Origin: an uncultured Candidatus Rokubacteria bacterium
GTDB lineage: Bacteria; Methylomirabilota; Methylomirabilia; Rokubacteriales; CSP1-6
Direction: 5' to 3'
DNA: 64,000 nt
Assembly: GCA_963754315.1 (NCBI GenBank)
Contig: CAVWFS010000014.1
Location: 192,001-256,000, forward strand
Under the pieces are notes generated by a model. That model did no database searches. It saw only the letters and a program-made list of their open reading frames with translations, and was not told the origin of the DNA. Position numbers and translations under genes: made by a program. Of this stretch, positions 59,065 to 64,000 are shown one piece after another. Every line of letters starts with the position of its first letter. The first letter of the stretch is position 1.

Positions 59065-60093
59065 TGAGAGGTCATGTGGCGCGTCTCGTCCTGATCGCGG
59101 ATCCTGGCCGGCGCGCTCGCCCCGGTCTCCCCCGCCGAGGCCCAGCAGCCGACCCTCGTCGTCACCGGCTACGGCGGCCGATGGTCGGAGGTGATGAAGA
59201 AGGCCCTCGTCGAGCCCTTCGAGAAGAAGCACGGGGTGAAGGTCGAGGTGGTCACCGGCATCACCACCGAGTGGGTGGCCAAGCTCCTGGCCGCCGGCCC
59301 CGACAACCCGCCGTTCGACGTGGTCTTCGGCAACGAGCCGCCCTTCCCGATCCCGCGCGAGCGCGGGTTCTTCGAGAAGCGCAACGAGACCCTGGCCCCG
59401 AACATCAAGAACCTCTATCCGAAGGCCCTGATCGGCGACACGAGCCTTGCCATGTTCTGGGGACGCATCGGCCTCGCCTACCGCACGGACGTCGGCCTCA
59501 AGAGGCCAACATCCTGGAAAGACTTCTGGGACGAGGCGTACGTCGGCCGGCGGGCCACCTACGTCATCGGCAACACGCTCGGCATCAACTTCCTGTTCAT
59601 GGCCTCCAAGCTCTACGGCAAGGACTACTTCGACATCGACGCCGGCCTGGCCGCCATCAAGCGCGCCCAGCCCAAGCTGGTGGACTTCACGGGCACCGTG
59701 GAGAAGCAGCTCGAGCAGAAGGAGGTCGTCATGGCCGTACTCCACGACGCCTCCGCCTACGATCTACAGAAGCGCGGCATCCCGGTGGACTGGGTCGCTC
59801 CCGCCGAGGGCCAGCCGATCCTCGACCAGATCGTGCAGGTCACTCGCGGCTCCAAGCACAAGGACCTGGCCTGGAAGTTCATCGACGCCTACATCTCGCC
59901 GGAAGTCCAGCTGGCCTTCGCCACCGAGCTGTTCTGGAGCCCGACCAACAAGACGGTCAAGGTGCCGCCCGACGTCGCCAAGAAGCTCATCAGCGGGCCA
60001 GCGGACGTCGATCGGCTGGTGCTCTTCGACTGGGCCCAGGTCGCCAAGCAGCGCCCGCAGTGGACCGAGCGCTGGAACAAGGAGATGCGTTGA
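59065..60093 (+). CDS. PotD-like ABC substrate-binding protein; frameshift near 59100 separates the signal peptide
   Basis: GAGGAGG then [12 protein letters not shown], continuing in another frame [26 protein letters not shown]...[27 protein letters not shown]. Confidence 0.88.
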
Positions 60094-61154
60094 CGGATCG
60101 CACCTCGGACACCGTCACCCTGACCGGTCTCGTCAAGCGCTACGGTACGACCCTCGCTCTCGACGGGGTATCCCTCTCGGTCGCCCCCGGCGAGTTCTTC
60201 ACCCTGCTTGGGCCGTCGGGCTGCGGCAAGACCACGACCCTGCGCTCGGTGGCCGGCTTCGTGACTCCGGACGCCGGCGATGTGGCCATTGACGGCGCGA
60301 GCATCATCGGGGTCCCGCCTCACCGGCGCCGGGTGGGGATGGTGTTCCAGCACTACGCGCTCTTCCCGCACCGCACCGTCGCGCAAAACGTGGCCTTCGG
60401 CCTGCGCATGCAGCGGGTCGCCAAGCCGGAGATCGCCTCACGCGTGGCCGAGGCCCTCGCCCTGGTGCAGCTACCGGGCTACGGCGGGCGCTACCCGAGC
60501 CAGCTTTCGGGCGGGGAACAGCAGCGGGTCGCGCTCGCGCGCGCCCTGGTGACGCGTCCAGCGGTGCTCTTGCTCGACGAGCCGCTGGGGGCGCTCGACA
60601 AGAAGCTGCGCGACCACATGAAGATCGAGCTGAAGCGGCTGCAGCGCGAAGTGGGCATCACCACCATCTACGTCACCCACGATCAGGAAGAAGCGCTGAC
60701 CATGTCCGACCGCATCGCGGTCATGCACCGCGGCCGGGTCGAGCAGGTGGCGTCGCCGCGCGGTCTCTACGAGACCCCGGCCACTCCTTTCGTGGCCAGC
60801 TTCATCGGCAACATCAACCTGCTCACTGGCCGTGCGGCCGGGACGAACACCGTGGACTGCGGCACCGCCACCCTGGCCGCCACCGGCGCCGCGCCGAGGG
60901 GCGCCGCAGTGTCGGTGGCGCTGCGTCCCGAGCGAATCCGGCTCGATCCCTCGGCGGCTCTGGACACCGTGATCCCCATGACGGTCGCCCACGTGGTCTA
61001 TCAGGGTGAGACCGTGCGCTATATTTTGAAATCCGAGGCAGGGCTCGAGCTGCAGGCCGTCGAGCTGGGGGAAGTCCGCTTCGCAACCGGCGCAAAAGTG
61101 CGCGCCGGTTGGGCGGCCATCGACGCCCGCATCATCCCGGAGGAACGTTCATGA
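60090..61154 (+). CDS. PotA-like ABC ATP-binding protein
   Basis: [53 protein letters not shown] overlap. Confidence 0.95.
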   Translation: MTDRTSDTVTLTGLVKRYGTTLALDGVSLSVAPGEFFTLLGPSGCGKTTTLRSVAGFVTPDAGDVAIDGASIIGVPPHRRRVGMVFQHYALFPHRTVAQNVAFGLRMQRVAKPEIASRVAEALALVQLPGYGGRYPSQLSGGEQQRVALARALVTRPAVLLLDEPLGALDKKLRDHMKIELKRLQREVGITTIYVTHDQEEALTMSDRIAVMHRGRVEQVASPRGLYETPATPFVASFIGNINLLTGRAAGTNTVDCGTATLAATGAAPRGAAVSVALRPERIRLDPSAALDTVIPMTVAHVVYQGETVRYILKSEAGLELQAVELGEVRFATGAKVRAGWAAIDARIIPEERS

Positions 61155-61190
61155 CCGACGCCCGCATCACCCTGGAGGAACGTTCATGAC
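61121..61190. repeat. 35-bp tandem duplication of the potA-end/RBS/aroM-start junction
   Basis: cgacgcccgcatcatcccggaggaacgttcatgac vs cgacgcccgcatcaccctggaggaacgttcatgac (33/35). Confidence 0.95.
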
Positions 61191-61863
61191 CAAGGTCGGC
61201 CTGATCACCGTGGGCCAATCTCCCCGAAGCGATGTCGTGCCCGACATGGCGGAGATCCTGGGAGGCGATGTCGAGATCGTGGAGGCGGGCGCCCTCGACG
61301 GGCTCGACCGCGAGCGGATCGCGACCTTGGCCCCGGAGGGCGACGACGAGATCCTCGTCACCAGGCTGACCGATGGCACGTCGGTCTTCGTCGGCAAGAC
61401 CAAGATGATTCCGCTCATCGAGGCACGCATCGCCGCCCTCGAGGACCGGGGCGTCGTCCTCAACGTGCTGCTCTGCACCGGTGAGTTCCCGAAGCTTGCC
61501 GCCCGCCGGCCGTTTCTCGAGCCGCAACAACTGTTGCTAGGCCTGCTGCGTGCCATGACGTTCCCCGGCCGCCTCGGCGTGCTAACCCCGTCCGAGCGCC
61601 ACGTGCCGCAGACCGAGGCGCGCTGGCGGGCCTCGGGCTTCGATGCGCACGTAGCCCCATTGTCCCCGTACGAGGAGCACGATCCGGCCGCCATCCGGCG
61701 CGCCGCCCAGGCGCTCCGTGCCGGCAAGGCCGGCCTCGTGGTCATGGACTGCATCGGCTTCCGGCGCAAGACGCGCGACGAGGTGGCCGCCCTCACCGGC
61801 GCGCCGACCCTGGTGGCGAACCTGCTCGTGGCGAGGGTGGCCGCGGAGCTGCTCGGCCGCTGA
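61186..61863 (+). CDS. AroM-family protein
   Basis: ITVGQSPRSDV, EAGALDGL, LVTRL.DG, LLCTGEFP, SPY, VMDCIGF. Confidence 0.9.
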   Translation: MTKVGLITVGQSPRSDVVPDMAEILGGDVEIVEAGALDGLDRERIATLAPEGDDEILVTRLTDGTSVFVGKTKMIPLIEARIAALEDRGVVLNVLLCTGEFPKLAARRPFLEPQQLLLGLLRAMTFPGRLGVLTPSERHVPQTEARWRASGFDAHVAPLSPYEEHDPAAIRRAAQALRAGKAGLVVMDCIGFRRKTRDEVAALTGAPTLVANLLVARVAAELLGR

Positions 61864-61867
61864 GTCC

Positions 61868-62714
61868 GTGAATCGTCGCGCCGGCGTCTTCCTGCTGGGG
61901 CCGTACGTCCTGCTGCTCGTCGTGTTCTTCGTGGCCCCGCTGCTGCTGATGCTCGGCATCAGCCTCTCGCGGGAGTCCTTCGGCCGGCTCGAGGCGGCGC
62001 TGACCCTGCGCCACTACGTGCGCTTCTTCACGGACTCGTACTATCTCAGCGTGCTCGCCGACACCCTGTGGCTGGGGTTGCTCACCACCGTCGCCACCTT
62101 GCTCCTCGGCTATCCCCTCGCCTATCACCTGGCGCTCACGCGGTCGCGGTGGAAGCCGCTCCTTATCGTGTTCATCCTCTCGCCGCTCCTGGTCGGGATC
62201 GTCATCCGCTGCTACGGCTGGATGATCCTGCTCGCCGACCGCGGCCTCATCAACACAACGCTTGTGGAGCACGGTTGGCTGGCCCGGCCCCTGCCCCTCA
62301 TGTACAACAAGTTCGGCGTCACCGTGGCCCTCGTGCACGTGTTCCTGCCGTTCATGGTGCTCTCGCTCACGGGTGTGTTGAAACGCATCGAGCCCGCGCT
62401 GATCGAGGCCTCCCAGACCCTCGGCGCCTCGCCACGCCGGGCCTTCTGGGAGGTGACCCTGCCGCTCTCGCTGCCCGGCATTCTCGCCGGCTCCCTGCTC
62501 GTCTTCTCCCTGGCCATCAGCTCGTTCGTGGTGCCGATCCTGATCGGCGGGCTTCAAGGTGCACGTGCTGCCGATGACGGTCTACGAGCAGGTGCTCTCG
62601 GTGTTCGACTGGCCCTTCGGGGCCGCCAACGCCTTCGTGCTGCTCGTGATCTCGGTGGCGCTGATCGCCGTCTACATCAAGGTGACCGAGCGCGCGCTGC
62701 GGGGAATCGTGTGA
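61868..62714 (+). CDS. PotB-like ABC permease, frameshifted at G3 62549-62551
   Basis: LGYPLAY, RCYGW..LL, EASQTLGA, SFVVP.LIGG then FKV...DWPFGAA. Confidence 0.9.
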
Positions 62715-63484
62715 TCCTGCGCGCGGCTGTCGGTCTCGTCTACGCCTTCCTGCTGCTGCCCATGGTCGTGGTCGTGCTGGCCGCCTTCAACGCCGGCAAC
62801 TACTTCACGTTTCCCCCGCAGGGCTTCTCGCTGAAATGGTTCGCCAACTTCTTCCAGCGGCGGGAGTTCATGCAGGCGCTCTGGCTCTCGACCGAGCTGG
62901 CCTTCTGGACGGCGGTGGTCTCCAGCGTCATCGGCACCGCGGCCGCCCTCGTGCTGGTGCGCGGACGCTTCCGGGGCCGCGACATGCTCAACGCCTTCGT
63001 CACCTCTCCCCTGCTCCTGCCGCAGATCCTCACCGGCGTCGCGCTCTTGCAGTTCTATACCCTGCTCAAGATGCAGGCCTCGTATCCGGCCCTTCTCATC
63101 GGCCATATCGTGGTCACCACGCCCTACGTGATCCGCACGGTCACCGCCACCCTCACCCACTTCGATCTGGCCCTCGAGGAGGCCGCCCAGAGCCTCGGCG
63201 CCCATCCGGTACGCGCGTTCTTCGAGATCACGCTCGGCGTCATCAAGCCGGGGGTGGCGGCGGGGGCGATCTTCGCCTTCGCCATCTCCTTCGACAACTT
63301 CACCTTGTCCTTGTTCCTGACCAGCGCCAAGCTCACCCCGCTCCCCATCGAGCTGTTCGCCTATCTCAAGTACTCCTTCGATCCCACCGCGGCCGCGGTG
63401 TCCGCCTTCGCCATCGGGGTGGCGCTGGTGCTCGTGGTCGGCATCGCGCGCTTCATGGGGCTCGAGGAGTTCACCGGGTTCTGA
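62711..63484 (+). CDS. PotC-like ABC permease
   Basis: FPPQGFSLKWF, LEEAAQSLGA, FAFAISFDNF, DPTAAAVS. Confidence 0.93.
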   Translation: MILRAAVGLVYAFLLLPMVVVVLAAFNAGNYFTFPPQGFSLKWFANFFQRREFMQALWLSTELAFWTAVVSSVIGTAAALVLVRGRFRGRDMLNAFVTSPLLLPQILTGVALLQFYTLLKMQASYPALLIGHIVVTTPYVIRTVTATLTHFDLALEEAAQSLGAHPVRAFFEITLGVIKPGVAAGAIFAFAISFDNFTLSLFLTSAKLTPLPIELFAYLKYSFDPTAAAVSAFAIGVALVLVVGIARFMGLEEFTGF

Positions 63485-64000
63485 TGCGACCCGTCGCCGC
63501 CGAGGAAATCGAGAGCCTGGCCATCGGCGCCTGGATCCTCGGCACCGGGGGCGGGGGCAGCCCCTACCTCGCGCTCTTGAACATGCGCCAGCTCTACCGG
63601 CAGGGCGTGGTGTGCCAGCTCATGGACGCCGCCGAACTGGCCGACGACGACCTGGTGGCCGTGGTCTCCAACATGGGCGCCCCGCTCGTCGGCCAGGAGC
63701 GCCTGACCGACCCGAAGACCATGGCGCTGGCCGTCACCATGATGGAGGAGTACCTCGGTCGGACGTTCCGCGCGGTGATGTCGCTCGAGATCGGCGGCGG
63801 CAATTCCATACAACCCTTCATGGCGGCCGCCATGCTCGACCGGCCCGTCGTGGACGGCGACTGCATGGGGCGCGCGTTTCCCGAAGCACAGATGACCAGC
63901 TTCGCCATCCACGATCTAAAGATGTACCCGCTGACCCTCGCCGACGTCCGCGACAACGCGGTGGTCGTCTCGCGGGCTGCCAGCTGGAAGTGGATGGAGC
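63484..64000 (+). CDS. DUF917-family protein, 3'-truncated by the window edge (absent from the ORF track)
   Basis: MRPVAAEEIESLAIGAWILGTGGGGSPY...MGAPLVGQE...EIGGGNS...VVDGDCMGRAFPEAQM; TGATG overlap. Confidence 0.9.
   Translation, partial: MRPVAAEEIESLAIGAWILGTGGGGSPYLALLNMRQLYRQGVVCQLMDAAELADDDLVAVVSNMGAPLVGQERLTDPKTMALAVTMMEEYLGRTFRAVMSLEIGGGNSIQPFMAAAMLDRPVVDGDCMGRAFPEAQMTSFAIHDLKMYPLTLADVRDNAVVVSRAASWKWME

Noticed and set aside
58869..61154. 761-aa ORF ending in an ABC ATPase
   Set aside because: Made of the SBP leader, off-frame SBP sequence and the real ATPase starting at 60090
61718..63484. 588-aa fused double permease
   Set aside because: One extra G at 62549-62551 joins two separate genes that have a normal GTGA overlap

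Overview
High-GC bacterial chromosomal window with about 60 densely packed genes. I recognised no rRNA, tRNA, CRISPR array, integrase or transposase. The gene content suggests Candidatus Rokubacteria or a similar soil lineage, but this is inference only. The cues are many ABC/OPT transporters, amidohydrolases, a Uma2 nuclease, a zinc-ribbon/class III cyclase/NTPase/TPR protein and an ABC_sub_bind-type protein. Main blocks: OPT and sugar-ABC uptake; a minus-strand envelope module (DUF748/AsmA-like protein, BON lipoprotein, and two paralogous membrane-anchored BON-like proteins that each have a sigma-54-type promoter and share a 22-bp upstream box); Rid proteins with dppBC; a damaged mazEF-like pair; MetE-like, prs, MaoC pair, EthD; PLD-chrA-chrA-korAB; Rieske oxygenase, CopD, S9 peptidase; a dppABCDF operon overlapping the stop of a STAND-like cyclase; phd-vapC; hydantoinase A/B split by a palindromic repeat and a substrate-binding gene; pcm, S1/P1 nuclease, LLM, pobA; and a PotABCD-like transporter with AroM and DUF917. 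About nine small indels, mostly in short homopolymers, break otherwise intact genes. These are probably sequencing or assembly errors and explain several long fusion ORFs in the track. All product calls come from motif recognition by eye; no searches were run.
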